The notes beneath the pieces are model-generated. The model saw only the letters and a program-made list of their open reading frames with translations, did no database searches and had not been told where the DNA came from. 64,000 nucleotides of DNA from Parcubacteria bacterium C7867-005 (GTDB lineage: Bacteria; Patescibacteriota; Minisyncoccia; Phycocordibacterales; Zambryskibacteraceae), in contig LFCO01000001.1 in NCBI GenBank assembly GCA_001189165.1, positions 10,987 to 74,986 of the forward strand, read 5' to 3'. Positions 46,109-56,155 of this stretch are shown in pieces; positions within the stretch are counted from its first letter, which is position 1, and the number at the start of each line of letters is the position of its first letter. Position numbers and translations under genes: made by a program.

Positions 46109-48280
46109 TTATTCTGGTTTATTGAGTTTGTGGGGGTTGTGGTTTGGGCAAGCTTTGTCTGAACATCTTTCTGGTATGGTCTTTGTACCTTCCATCATAA
46201 GGGATCCACACATTTTGCAAATATTACCTGTTGGTTTGGCTTTGATCGCATATTTGCAGTCAGGGTAATTTTGGCACGAATAGAAAACTCCGAATCGGCC
46301 ACGACGTTCTGCCATGTATCCTGTTTTGCAGACTGGGCACTGTATACCTGTAGAATTGGCCTTTTCTTGCTCTGGGTCTTTCTCTATATACTTACATTTT
46401 GGAAATCTGGCACAGGCAGTGAACATCCCAAACTTACCCTCACGGGTTACCAGATTACCCTTGTTACACTTTGGGCATGGTCTGCCTGTATCTTTGGGCC
46501 CCTCCAGTGCTTTACCTTCTATAGTTCGAGCACCGTTACAGTCGGGGAACTTGGCACAAGAAAGGAATTTACCCCCTTTGCCTAATTTGATGATCATCTC
46601 ACCGTTGCATATTGGGCAGAGTACACCATCCGGTCCTTTGCCTAGGTTGGTGATTTTCTCTATTTTGTCTTTGGCTTTCACATCTTTCTGAAACGGTCCG
46701 TAGAAGTCAGTGAGAACTTTTTTATATGTATGCTTGCCACCAGCGATGTCATCCAATTTGTTTTCCATATCTGCGGTGAATGAGTCACTGATGTAGTTCT
46801 CGAAATTGCCTTCTAGGAAAGTAGATACTACTTCTCCTGTATCTGTGGGGTGAAGGGCTTTTTGGATTTTTTCTACATAGCCACGCTCGTCGAGTGTTTT
46901 GATGATGGATGCATATGTGGATGGTCTGCCTATACCTCTTTTTTCGAGCTCTTTGATAAGACCGGCTTCAGAGTATCTGGCTGGTGGTTCTGTTTGTTTT
47001 TCTTCTGAACCCATGGCTAGTAGTTTAAGATCATCGCCAACTTTTATTTGCGGGAGGATGACATCTTCACCCTGTGCTGCTGGATCTGCTTTGGTCCAAC
47101 CATCAAAAAGTATTCGAGAACCGTTGAGCCAGAAATCAGGCACTGAAGGTCCAGAGATATTCGATACTACTTTAGTACGCATGACTTTGGCATCTCTCAT
47201 TTGGCTGGCTATTGTCCTCTGCCAGATCAGTCTGTAAAGTTTTTTCTGTTCATCATTACCACCTGCAATCTCTGTATCCATATGTGTCGGTCTGATTGCT
47301 TCGTGAGCCTCTTGAGCATTTTTGGATTTTTTGGCAAAGGAATGGGCCTCAAAATAAGTTGCTCCATAATTTTTTTCTATCACTCTTTTTATTTCAGCCT
47401 TGGCTTGTACTCCTAGGTTAGTAGAGTCAGTACGCATATAAGTGATGTGTCCGGCTTCGTATAATCTCTGTGCGACCTGCATAGTACGAGAGGGGGCAAA
47501 GCCGAGCCTCGATGATGCGGTTTGTTGGAGTGTAGAGGTGATGAATGGGGCCTTTGGTGCTCTTGAGACTTCGGTTTCTTTTATGTCTGTTACCTTCCAA
47601 GAACCTTTTTTACCTTCGGCTAGTATCCTGTCTACTTCTTTTTTGTCTGTAGGTTCTTCTGAGCAAGCAAAATTTAATTCGTTCTTTTTGTTGTCTTGTA
47701 GCAGTGCATTGATGGTCCAGAAGGTTACCGGGTTAAAGGCACGTATCTCTCGCTCTCTTTCCATGATTATCCTCAGTGCGGGGGATTGGACTCTGCCTGC
47801 AGAGAGGCCATATCTGACTTTTTTCCAAATCAAACCAGATAGATCGTAACCAACCAAGCGGTCCAGGACTCTACGGGCCTCCTGCGCCTCCTTAAGGTCT
47901 TCATCGATTTTTCTTGGATGTTTGATGGCTTCTTCGACTGCTTCTTTGGTGATTTCGTGAAAGACAATACGTTTTGGATTTTTTAAACCGACAGCCTCCT
48001 TGATGTGCCAAGCGATAGCTTCTCCCTCACGGTCGGGGTCTGTGGCCAACAACACTTCGTCCGCCTTCTTAGCGAGTTTTTTGATATCGGCAATTATATT
48101 TTCTTTACCCTTCACAACTTCGTAGTGCGGTATAAAGCCACCAGCTACATCTATGGCTACCTTGTTGGATTTTGGTAAATCTCTAATATGGCCCACACTT
48201 GCGACCACACGATAATCTTTACCGAGATATTTCTCGATTGTTTTTGCTTTGGACGGGGACTCGACGATTAGTAGTCTCAT
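46109..48280 (-). CDS. topA: DNA topoisomerase I
   Basis: TOPRIM MRLLIVESPSKAKTIEKYLG; active-site Tyr region; C-terminal multiple C4 zinc ribbons. Confidence 0.95.
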   Translation of the reverse strand: MRLLIVESPSKAKTIEKYLGKDYRVVASVGHIRDLPKSNKVAIDVAGGFIPHYEVVKGKENIIADIKKLAKKADEVLLATDPDREGEAIAWHIKEAVGLKNPKRIVFHEITKEAVEEAIKHPRKIDEDLKEAQEARRVLDRLVGYDLSGLIWKKVRYGLSAGRVQSPALRIIMEREREIRAFNPVTFWTINALLQDNKKNELNFACSEEPTDKKEVDRILAEGKKGSWKVTDIKETEVSRAPKAPFITSTLQQTASSRLGFAPSRTMQVAQRLYEAGHITYMRTDSTNLGVQAKAEIKRVIEKNYGATYFEAHSFAKKSKNAQEAHEAIRPTHMDTEIAGGNDEQKKLYRLIWQRTIASQMRDAKVMRTKVVSNISGPSVPDFWLNGSRILFDGWTKADPAAQGEDVILPQIKVGDDLKLLAMGSEEKQTEPPARYSEAGLIKELEKRGIGRPSTYASIIKTLDERGYVEKIQKALHPTDTGEVVSTFLEGNFENYISDSFTADMENKLDDIAGGKHTYKKVLTDFYGPFQKDVKAKDKIEKITNLGKGPDGVLCPICNGEMIIKLGKGGKFLSCAKFPDCNGARTIEGKALEGPKDTGRPCPKCNKGNLVTREGKFGMFTACARFPKCKYIEKDPEQEKANSTGIQCPVCKTGYMAERRGRFGVFYSCQNYPDCKYAIKAKPTGNICKMCGSLMMEGTKTIPERCSDKACPNHNPHKLNKPE

Positions 48281-48327
48281 GGCCTAACAAATACTATAGA
48301 TACGTTTTTTGTGCAAATTATGTCTCG

Positions 48328-49188
48328 TCAGAAAGCTTTCCTTACTTCACCAAGCTCTTCAAAGATTAATCCCTTTATTTCAAGTAATGAGAGTACTGCA
48401 TTCGCTTTACCGATATCCAGTTTTGATTTTCTGATGAGTTCATCTCTACCTCTGGGGATATCGAGTAGTTCTATAAAAAGTTTTTCCTCAGTACCCAAAT
48501 CATTCATATCAAAAAGTGTTTGACCTTCGTCTTTTCGTTTTATACCGAGTAGCTCGAGCACATCGTTCGCATCTCTGATGAGGGCAGACCCTAACCTGAT
48601 GAGCATGTGGGGACCATCTGAAGTGGGCGAGGTAGTTGGACCAGGGACTGCCCCTACTTCGCGGTTGTATTCTGTGGCCAGGCGAGAAGTTATGAGAGTA
48701 CCAGATTTTTTCTCTGCTTCTATGACAAGGGTCGCATGACACATCCCTGCCATGATTCTGTTTCTTTGGGGGAATGTATAGTATTGGGCTTTCATATCAT
48801 CATCAAACTCAGACAATAATCCACCGCCGGATTCTATGATCTCATTTGCTAGGCCTACATGTGCTTGCGGATGCAGAATTTTTCTGGACAATCCAGAGCC
48901 GGGGACAGCGATAGTTTGTAACCCAGCGTTGATAGCAGCGCGATGCGCGATCGAATCTATGCCCAGTGCGAGTCCGGAGACAATGGTGATCGGATAACCA
49001 GAGAGTCCAGCGATGATCGACTCACAAATTTCTCTACCATAGGCTGAGTACTTCCTCGAACCAACAACTGCTAGGAGCTTGTTGTTTTCTCTGGGCAACT
49101 CTCCCTCATACCTCAGGTTTTTGGCTTTGTCGTTGATCTCCTTTAATAGAATGGGGAATTCCCCAGGTAGGAGATCTCTAATGGTCAT
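48328..49188 (-). CDS. dprA: DNA-processing protein DprA/Smf
   Basis: Rossmann-like core LLAVVGSRKYSAYGREI...TIVSGLALGIDSIAHRAAINAGLQTIAV. Confidence 0.8.
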   Translation of the reverse strand: MTIRDLLPGEFPILLKEINDKAKNLRYEGELPRENNKLLAVVGSRKYSAYGREICESIIAGLSGYPITIVSGLALGIDSIAHRAAINAGLQTIAVPGSGLSRKILHPQAHVGLANEIIESGGGLLSEFDDDMKAQYYTFPQRNRIMAGMCHATLVIEAEKKSGTLITSRLATEYNREVGAVPGPTTSPTSDGPHMLIRLGSALIRDANDVLELLGIKRKDEGQTLFDMNDLGTEEKLFIELLDIPRGRDELIRKSKLDIGKANAVLSLLEIKGLIFEELGEVRKAF

Positions 49189-49224
49189 TTTATCTATAGT
49201 AGCACTTCTGCTATCATGTTTTAT

Positions 49225-50490
49225 ATGCTTGATATCAAATTTATAAGAGAAAATAAGGATTTAGTGGCCAAGGCTGCAGAGATCAAACGTATAAAATTTG
49301 ATGTAAACGCCCTCCTTGAGGTAGATGATCAGCGAAGAGTTTTACAGGCACAGATTGAAGAAAAGCGCTCCGAACAAAACAAAGCTTCTATAGAGATAGT
49401 CAAAGTGCTCGGTCCAGAGAAGGCAAACATCCTGGAAAAGATGAAGTTTCTCAAAGAAGAGTTGGGTGGCTTCGAAGAAAAACAAAAGGAAGTGATGCAT
49501 ACATGGCAGAAGCTGATGCTTGAAGTGCCGAATATTCCTGATATCTCTGTCCCTCAGGGTGAAAGTGATCAGGATAATAAAGAAGTAAAGAAATGGGGCG
49601 AGATGCCAAAGTTTGATTTCCAACCAAAAACTCATATAGAGATAATGGAAAATTTAGGAATGCTCGATTTGGAACGAGGAACCAAGGTTTCTGGTTTTCG
49701 TGGATATTTCTTGAAAGGTGGTGGTGCGAGACTTTCTTTCGCTATCTGGAATTATGCGATGGATTTTTTTACCAAGAAAGATTTTGTGCCCTACATCGTT
49801 CCCTCGCTCGTTCGCAAAGAATCACTCATAGGCACAGGGATGCTCCCACAAAGTGAAGAAGATTTGTACAAGACTCAGGACGGGGATTACCTCGCCGGTA
49901 CAGCAGAAGTGGCTACCATGGGGTATCATCAGGATGAAGTTCTGACCAAAGAAGAATTACCAAAAAAGTTTCTTTCTTTTTCTCCATGTTTTAGAAGAGA
50001 GGCAGGTAGCCACTCCAAGGATATAAAAGGCCTGATTCGAGTTCATGAATTTTATAAAGTTGAACAGGTTGTCTTATGTGAGGCTTCGCACGAAGAATCT
50101 GTCAGACAGCATGAGGCCATAAACAGGAATACAGAAGAATTCATAGAGTCGATGAATATTCCTTACCATACAGTGTTGAACTGCGGTGCTGACCTCGGAC
50201 TCGGTCAGGTAAAGAAATACGATATAGAACTCTGGGTACCGCTCGAAGACACATATAGAGAGATCAGCTCCGCATCATACTTCCACGACTTCCAAACTCG
50301 CAGATTGAATATCAAATATAAGGATACAGACGGTAAAACCAAATACGTGCACTCACTCAACTCTACAGCGATTCCTACACCACGTATCCTTGTGTCATTA
50401 GTAGAGAATTTTCAACAGGCTGATGGTTCGATCAGAATCCCAGACGTGCTCGTGCCATATATGGGCGGTAAAACCGTTATAGCCAAATAA
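49225..50490 (+). CDS. serS: seryl-tRNA synthetase
   Basis: MLDIKFIREN N-terminal coiled-coil arm; class II motifs (FRRE..GS.SKDIKGLIRVHEF; GLGQ). Confidence 0.9.
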   Translation: MLDIKFIRENKDLVAKAAEIKRIKFDVNALLEVDDQRRVLQAQIEEKRSEQNKASIEIVKVLGPEKANILEKMKFLKEELGGFEEKQKEVMHTWQKLMLEVPNIPDISVPQGESDQDNKEVKKWGEMPKFDFQPKTHIEIMENLGMLDLERGTKVSGFRGYFLKGGGARLSFAIWNYAMDFFTKKDFVPYIVPSLVRKESLIGTGMLPQSEEDLYKTQDGDYLAGTAEVATMGYHQDEVLTKEELPKKFLSFSPCFRREAGSHSKDIKGLIRVHEFYKVEQVVLCEASHEESVRQHEAINRNTEEFIESMNIPYHTVLNCGADLGLGQVKKYDIELWVPLEDTYREISSASYFHDFQTRRLNIKYKDTDGKTKYVHSLNSTAIPTPRILVSLVENFQQADGSIRIPDVLVPYMGGKTVIAK

Positions 50491-50494
50491 ACCC

Positions 50495-51331
50495 ATGCTC
50501 ATAGGCAAGGATAGGGGAATACGTACTCCAGAATTCCACAAGAAAAAAGAGCGAGAGAAATGGATTCGTACTGCTTGGTATATCATCTTGTCCGTTATTA
50601 TCATCGGCTCACCTATATATATATTTAGGCACGAGTACATCCAAGTAGAGGACATCTTGGTATCTGGAAATTCGATTACCACGAATAAAGAAGTAGAGGA
50701 AATAGTGTCTCGTCATCTATCTGGTAAGTATCTTTGGGTTATACCAAAATCAAATGCATTGTTTTATCCAAATGATTCTATAGAAGAGGATTTGCTTCTG
50801 GCTGTACCTCGACTGAGTTTGGTCAAAGCCGAATTAACAGACTCGAGGACACTACAAGTTTCTATTGTGGAAAGAGAGCCTTCTGCTCTGTACTGCACCG
50901 ATACATCAACCGTTTCTTCACCAAAAAATTGTTATTTTATGGACGAGGACGGATATATTTATTCTGAAGCACCTACATTCTCTGGTGGTGTTTATGTGGT
51001 CTACTCTTCGTTACCTGTGTTGAGTGAACCACTGCGGAAGGTGTTTTTGGACAAGAATCTTTTTTCATTGACGATGGCGTTTGTAAAGAGCTTGGAGAGT
51101 TTTGGTTTTGAACCAAAAGTTTTTATCAAAAAAGATGAGGAGTACCAAGTCATTTTGGAAAATGGTGGTTCTATCATGTGGAAAGTCGATGCAGATCTAG
51201 ACAGGGTTGCTTCTAGTGTAGAATCTCTGGTTTCTGATTCAGTTTTCAAAAAAGAAAAGAACGTGTTTGGGAGGATACTATACATCGACCTACGTTTTGG
51301 AAACAAAATTTTCTATAAATTTCAAGATTAA
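50495..51331 (+). CDS. ftsQ: cell division protein FtsQ/DivIB (TM and POTRA)
   Basis: Single TM then POTRA-like IEDILVSGNSITTNKEVEEI...LQVSIVEREPSALY. Confidence 0.6.
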   Translation: MLIGKDRGIRTPEFHKKKEREKWIRTAWYIILSVIIIGSPIYIFRHEYIQVEDILVSGNSITTNKEVEEIVSRHLSGKYLWVIPKSNALFYPNDSIEEDLLLAVPRLSLVKAELTDSRTLQVSIVEREPSALYCTDTSTVSSPKNCYFMDEDGYIYSEAPTFSGGVYVVYSSLPVLSEPLRKVFLDKNLFSLTMAFVKSLESFGFEPKVFIKKDEEYQVILENGGSIMWKVDADLDRVASSVESLVSDSVFKKEKNVFGRILYIDLRFGNKIFYKFQD

Positions 51332-51664
51332 ACAGGAATTGCACAAGACTTGACTTATTCTTCTGAGGGTGTATAGTGTGTGCAGATTCAGTACAAAGGC
51401 TGATCAGAGTGACTTACAGGAAGATTCGTAAGGGCAACTCTGGTGGCAGGGGAATACACCAGCGTAAGAGCAGGTGCACCGAACGCGTAGTATCCCACGT
51501 TCCGCGTCGCGCCGGTTGGCTGTATTCTTGGGAGACACTCTGCACCACTTGGAGTCTATACCCCTTCACCTGCTGTGGATTTACAAATCCCCAGCCCCGC
51601 CCTACGCGCCCCCACACTTCTGTGTGCGGGCGCGGTTTCATTTAGATTTTTATACAATACTCTT

Positions 51665-52621
51665 ATGAGTCAAGGTTTCTGGAACAAATTAAAAAAACCA
51701 ATCATGGTTCTCGCGCCGATGGCAGATGTCACTGATCCGGCCTTTCGACGTATTATCGCTCGGCATGGTAAACCAGACGTCACTTGGACCGAGTTCGTTT
51801 CTGCTGATGGTCTTGTCCTCGCACCAGAAGAGGGTAGGAAGAAACTCTTGAAAGATTTGGAATACTCTGAATCCGAGCGTCCAATCGTCGCTCAATTCTT
51901 CACCTCATCTCCAGAAAATATGGAGAAGGCAGCTAGACTCGCACGTGAGCTTGGGTTTGATGGCATAGATATAAATATGGGTTGTCCAGACAAGAGCATA
52001 GAGAAGCAGTGTGCTGGTGCTGCGCTCATCAAGAATCCAAAGCTCGCTCGGGAGTTAATTCGTTCTGCTAAACTCGGTGCGGGGGATCTGCCTGTATCTG
52101 TGAAAACCCGTGTTGGGTACAACAAAGAAGAACTCGATATATGGATAAAAGAGATACTCAGTGAATCCCCAGCCGTGCTCACGGTCCATGCGCGTACGAG
52201 GAAGGAGATGTCCAAAGTCCCCGCACGTTGGGAGCTAGTGAAGAGAGTGGTAGAGATGAGGGATGAGCTCGGTGTAGACACTTTGATACTGGGGAATGGT
52301 GATGTAGTAGATATTGATGATGGCAGGAGGAAATGCGAAGAGACTGGCGCAGATGGGGTGATGCTCGGCAGGGCGATATTTGGTAACCCGTGGTTATTTG
52401 CAGAACATATACCCACCACTAGAGAGAAATTATTAGTGATGGTAGAGCATACAAAACTATTTGAAAAATTACTCGGCGAATACAAAAATTTCGCCATTAT
52501 GAAGAAACACTATAAGGCGTATGTGAACGGGTTTGAAGGAGCAGGGGAGCTTCGTGGTCAACTGATGCTGGCTGTAGATGCAAGGGGGGTCGAAGAAGTA
52601 GTCCACAACTATCTGAAATAG
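51665..52621 (+). CDS. dus: tRNA-dihydrouridine synthase
   Basis: MVLAPMADVTDPAFRRI, DGIDINMGCP (catalytic Cys), TVHART; start MSQGF at 51665 (the ORF track extends to 51575 into a GC-rich leader). Confidence 0.85.
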   Translation: MSQGFWNKLKKPIMVLAPMADVTDPAFRRIIARHGKPDVTWTEFVSADGLVLAPEEGRKKLLKDLEYSESERPIVAQFFTSSPENMEKAARLARELGFDGIDINMGCPDKSIEKQCAGAALIKNPKLARELIRSAKLGAGDLPVSVKTRVGYNKEELDIWIKEILSESPAVLTVHARTRKEMSKVPARWELVKRVVEMRDELGVDTLILGNGDVVDIDDGRRKCEETGADGVMLGRAIFGNPWLFAEHIPTTREKLLVMVEHTKLFEKLLGEYKNFAIMKKHYKAYVNGFEGAGELRGQLMLAVDARGVEEVVHNYLK

Positions 52622-53157
52622 TGTTTTGACAGTCATCTTGCATATAGTATATTTAGATTTCTGGTGCTAAGCGGTAGCGGACAGACGTGTCTCTACGGAG
52701 CCCAGATCCTGCACCCTCAGTTCCATTCACCCCAGGAGGTTCACGGTGCCCCGACGTAACGCCCCGTCGTTCCACCTGAAGATCGCCCAGACCGCGTACC
52801 AGCAGGCGAAGGCCGGGATCCTCACCGGCAAGAGCGCGACCGATCCGCAGTACACCGACGGCGATTCCGCCGCGGCCATCCGCGCCTAGCACAAGGCGAA
52901 GAGCGCAACGCGCGGACACGAGGTACACCGACGCAAGACACACATCAGCGCCGGTGCGACCCAGATCGTCTTCCTGAAGTGAACACAACCGTCCGCAAGG
53001 ACACCTACCCGCACCGATTTCCATCGGTGCGAATCTTTTTATATAGGCTATTGACTTTATTTTGTATATATGCTAGGGTTAACTTGTTGAGGTCGAGCGA
53101 CAGGGAATCACCCTGTGAGGCCACAACAAGCACACTCCACTCGTTCGGAGGATCCAC

Positions 53158-53313
53158 ATGATCAGCCGCTCCCTCGCTCCGCCGTCCGTCGCGCTCCTCT
53201 CGGCCACCCACACGGGGGCCCGTATGAACACCATGGTCCATCGCGGCGCGAACATCGTCGGCATCGGCATCCACGGCTCGGGCGCGTCGCCCGCCGCCGG
53301 CTCCCGCGACTAG
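53158..53313 (+). CDS. candidate GC-rich mini-ORF (51 aa, MISRSLAPPSVALLSATHTGARMNTMVHRGANIVGIGIHGSGASPAAGSRD) with RBS GGAGG; coding status uncertain
   Basis: AT-rich promoter-like block (TTGACT..TATATA) at 53045-53075, GGAGG 6 nt before ATG, two downstream hairpins; ends at TAG. Confidence 0.25.
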   Translation: MISRSLAPPSVALLSATHTGARMNTMVHRGANIVGIGIHGSGASPAAGSRD

Positions 53314-53613
53314 CACGGCCGCGGCGCCGATCACTGTCATTCGACAGAAGGCATCAGCCCTTCGGTTGAACTGACGGCAACCTCTCGTGCTTCTCTGTAC
53401 GAGTAGGACTTCGTTCGAGTACGACTCGGGAGTGCCGACGGGGTGGATCGTTTGAATCCATCGCCGTCGGCACGACCCGACCCCCCGCGCACCCTAACCC
53501 GGTGCGTTTAACTTTTATAAAATTTCCCTGTGCGTGTATAATAAGATTCTGGTTGGGGATGCAGTTTGCAAACTCTAACCAGATGTTCTCACATCCTTCC
53601 ACGGAGTCCTGCC

Positions 53614-53736
53614 ATGAAAGACCGGCACTCGAGCACCAGACACCCGCGTATGGGAGTCACTCTCGAGACCAAGGGCCAGATGCGAAGCAAGACCGGCGGA
53701 TCCATCCGCTACATGTGGCCAACCCCAGGAGGCTGA
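53614..53736 (+). CDS. candidate GC-rich mini-ORF (40 aa) in the second promoter-terminator unit; may instead be an sRNA
   Basis: Extended -10-like gtgTATAAT at ~53540, GGAG 7 nt before ATG, hairpin gagcgactcatgtgagtcgctc + T-rich at 53766-53795. Confidence 0.2.
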   Translation: MKDRHSSTRHPRMGVTLETKGQMRSKTGGSIRYMWPTPGG

Positions 53737-53799
53737 TCCATGGAATACGGTGCGTGAACACCCCCGAGCGACTCATGTGAGTCGCTCTCTTTAATACAG

Positions 53800-53828
53800 T
53801 TGACAAAAATACGTATTGGGTTTATAAT
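53800..53828 (+). promoter_or_regulatory. consensus sigma70-type promoter TTGACA-17-TATAAT driving a ~150-nt GC-rich transcript that ends at hairpin 53979-54000
   Basis: Exact TTGACA (53800-53805), 17-nt spacer, exact TATAAT (53823-53828); downstream hairpin cggaccc-ttcg-gggtcc + tttgtg. Confidence 0.5.
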
Positions 53829-54136
53829 GGTCGTTAGAGAAGTGAACAGTATGGCAGAGAATAGATGGAAGCCGGGGCGCGATCCGTGGTGAGTCGTCGG
53901 GGCCCGGAATCCCCGCCGTTCCACTCGGGTCCGCCTCGGCCCCGTCTGCCCATCCTTCGTTTACTCGTTCCATTTACACGGACCCTTCGGGGTCCTTTGT
54001 GCTATATAAATTTTCAAAACAAACACCCCTTTACAAACCAAATTTTTTATGATAAGAAGATGTAAGAGGAAAGTGGTACCAAACTACTTTCGACTCAATC
54101 CGCCCTTTCAGTCTTCACGTTTCTCTAGGAGATCCC

Positions 54137-55009
54137 ATGCATCGCGCTCGGCTGTATCTCTTGCTTGCGGTGGGGATATTCCTCACCGCCTGCAGGAATG
54201 AGACCAACGTCTTCGGCCCCGGCAACGGTCCGAACGGACCGAATAACGGACCAGACGGTGGACGATCGGCGTTCGCATCGGCAGGCTTCAGGCCCGCTGA
54301 CACGACCATCGTGGTGAGCACCCGCTACCACGCTCTGGGCCAGATCTTCGTCGAGCAGGGTCGGTCACCGAACCTGCTCATCCGTACGAGGCAGTGCGTC
54401 CAGTACGTGGGCTCACCGCTCATCACCTGGACCGGCCAGTCTGGCTGGTACAACGTGGACGTCACCCTCCAGGGTGTGGCTACGTGCAGGGATTCGATCG
54501 TGTTCAAGTTCGCGCACGATACGACCATCACCACGTTCATCCGTGCGACGGTCGTCTCCGCTCCTGGTGGCCCCGGCATCCCCACGATGACGGTGACACC
54601 TCCGGGCGGTAGTGGTCCGGTCGGTACTGGTTCGCAGTCGAATTGCATCATCACTGGTGTCACTGACACGCGGTGCTGGGCATACTCGACGGATCCTTCA
54701 CGGATCGCTGTGGTTCAGAAGGATACAACCTTCGCAACCGCGACGAACCCGTGGACGGCCGGATCACATCTGTCCGGTGAGATCCGATTCATGTTCGCAG
54801 GTTCGGCGAATATCTGCAGGTACTGGGTCGTTGACCCACGAGTGGCACAGTGCCATCAGTGGAATGCGACGGTCCCGAGCCTGCAGTCGTCCGACATGAT
54901 GTCGGCGAGCTACGGACTTCGTGATGCGAAGCTGTCCGAAGAGGGCGGCCGTCTTTACGAGGTCGTCCTCGATCGGATGAAGCAGAACGGGGAGAAAATC
55001 CACCGGTAG
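54137..55009 (+). CDS. GC-rich lipoprotein (lipobox LTAC), hypothetical
   Basis: MHRARLYLLLAVGIFLTAC signal and lipobox; RBS TAGGAGATCCCATG; GC-rich. Confidence 0.5.
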   Translation: MHRARLYLLLAVGIFLTACRNETNVFGPGNGPNGPNNGPDGGRSAFASAGFRPADTTIVVSTRYHALGQIFVEQGRSPNLLIRTRQCVQYVGSPLITWTGQSGWYNVDVTLQGVATCRDSIVFKFAHDTTITTFIRATVVSAPGGPGIPTMTVTPPGGSGPVGTGSQSNCIITGVTDTRCWAYSTDPSRIAVVQKDTTFATATNPWTAGSHLSGEIRFMFAGSANICRYWVVDPRVAQCHQWNATVPSLQSSDMMSASYGLRDAKLSEEGGRLYEVVLDRMKQNGEKIHR

Positions 55010-55096
55010 CAAAAGACCCCAAAGGGGCGCCCAGCGATTAAGTTCGCTGGGCTTCTTATTTATATGAGTCTACAAATCGTTTGCTATACTAGACCC

Positions 55097-56140
55097 ATGA
55101 AAAAAGTAGAGAAACAGGAACAAGTTTTTTACAGAAAATATCGTCCACAGATTTTCAAAGAGGTGATCGGCGAAGATCATATAGTCAAAGTATTGGAGGG
55201 AGCGATCAAGCTTGGTAACATTTCTCATGCATATCTTTTCTCTGGTGCGCGAGGTACAGGTAAAACTTCTGTGGCGAGGATCCTCTCGCGTGAGTTGGGT
55301 ACGAATGCTTCAGATCTATACGAGATGGACGCCGCCTCTAACAGGGGGATAGATGATATCCGCAGTATCCGAGAATCTGTCTCCACACTTCCTTTTGAAT
55401 CCAAGTTCAAAGTTTATATCATCGACGAAGTTCACATGCTCACCAAAGATGCGTGGAATGCATTTTTGAAAACCCTTGAGGAACCACCAGCACACGTTGT
55501 CTTTATACTTGCGACTACAGAGATAGAGAAAGTTCCGGAGACGGTCGTCTCTCGTTGTCAGACATTTGTATTCAGAGCTCCGAATCAAAAAGTGTTGAAA
55601 GAATTTGTAGTTAATATCGCCAAGAAAGAAGGGTTCGTCCTGGCACCAGATGCTGTAGAACTCGTCGCCATACTCGGGGATGGGTCGTTCAGAGATACTC
55701 ATGGGATACTCGAGAAGGTTCTATCTTCGACAACAGATAAAAAGATCACTAGAGAAGAAGTAGAAGCGGTCACCGGTGCACCAAAGTCCAAACTTGTGAA
55801 GGATATCTTGGAGTCGGTGGTACTGCAAGATTTGCCCAAGGGTCTCTCTGCGGTGGGGCAGGCGAGTACATCGAATGCAGATATGAAGCTCTTTACCAAA
55901 CTTATCCTCGAGCGTTTGCGGTTTCTTTTTCTTCTGCGTCTGAAGACAGGTATGGATGAACATATCAAAGAAGAAGTGTCTGAGGATGATTTTGAATTCC
56001 TCACAGACCTCGCAAGTAAAGCTGGTCAGAGTATGACTGGTTCGGTGCTCCTCCGTTTTATTCAAGCATACGAAGATACAGGTCGAACAACTATCCCCGA
56101 ACTTGCCCTCGAGCTCGCACTAACTGATGTCATTAAATAA
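55097..56140 (+). CDS. dnaX: DNA polymerase III subunit gamma/tau (short form)
   Basis: AAA+ clamp-loader motifs LFSGARGTGKTSVARIL, DEVHMLT, SRC motif VSRCQTF; start MKKVEK at 55097. Confidence 0.85.
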   Translation: MKKVEKQEQVFYRKYRPQIFKEVIGEDHIVKVLEGAIKLGNISHAYLFSGARGTGKTSVARILSRELGTNASDLYEMDAASNRGIDDIRSIRESVSTLPFESKFKVYIIDEVHMLTKDAWNAFLKTLEEPPAHVVFILATTEIEKVPETVVSRCQTFVFRAPNQKVLKEFVVNIAKKEGFVLAPDAVELVAILGDGSFRDTHGILEKVLSSTTDKKITREEVEAVTGAPKSKLVKDILESVVLQDLPKGLSAVGQASTSNADMKLFTKLILERLRFLFLLRLKTGMDEHIKEEVSEDDFEFLTDLASKAGQSMTGSVLLRFIQAYEDTGRTTIPELALELALTDVIK

Positions 56141-56155
56141 TTAAAGAAGCCACCT

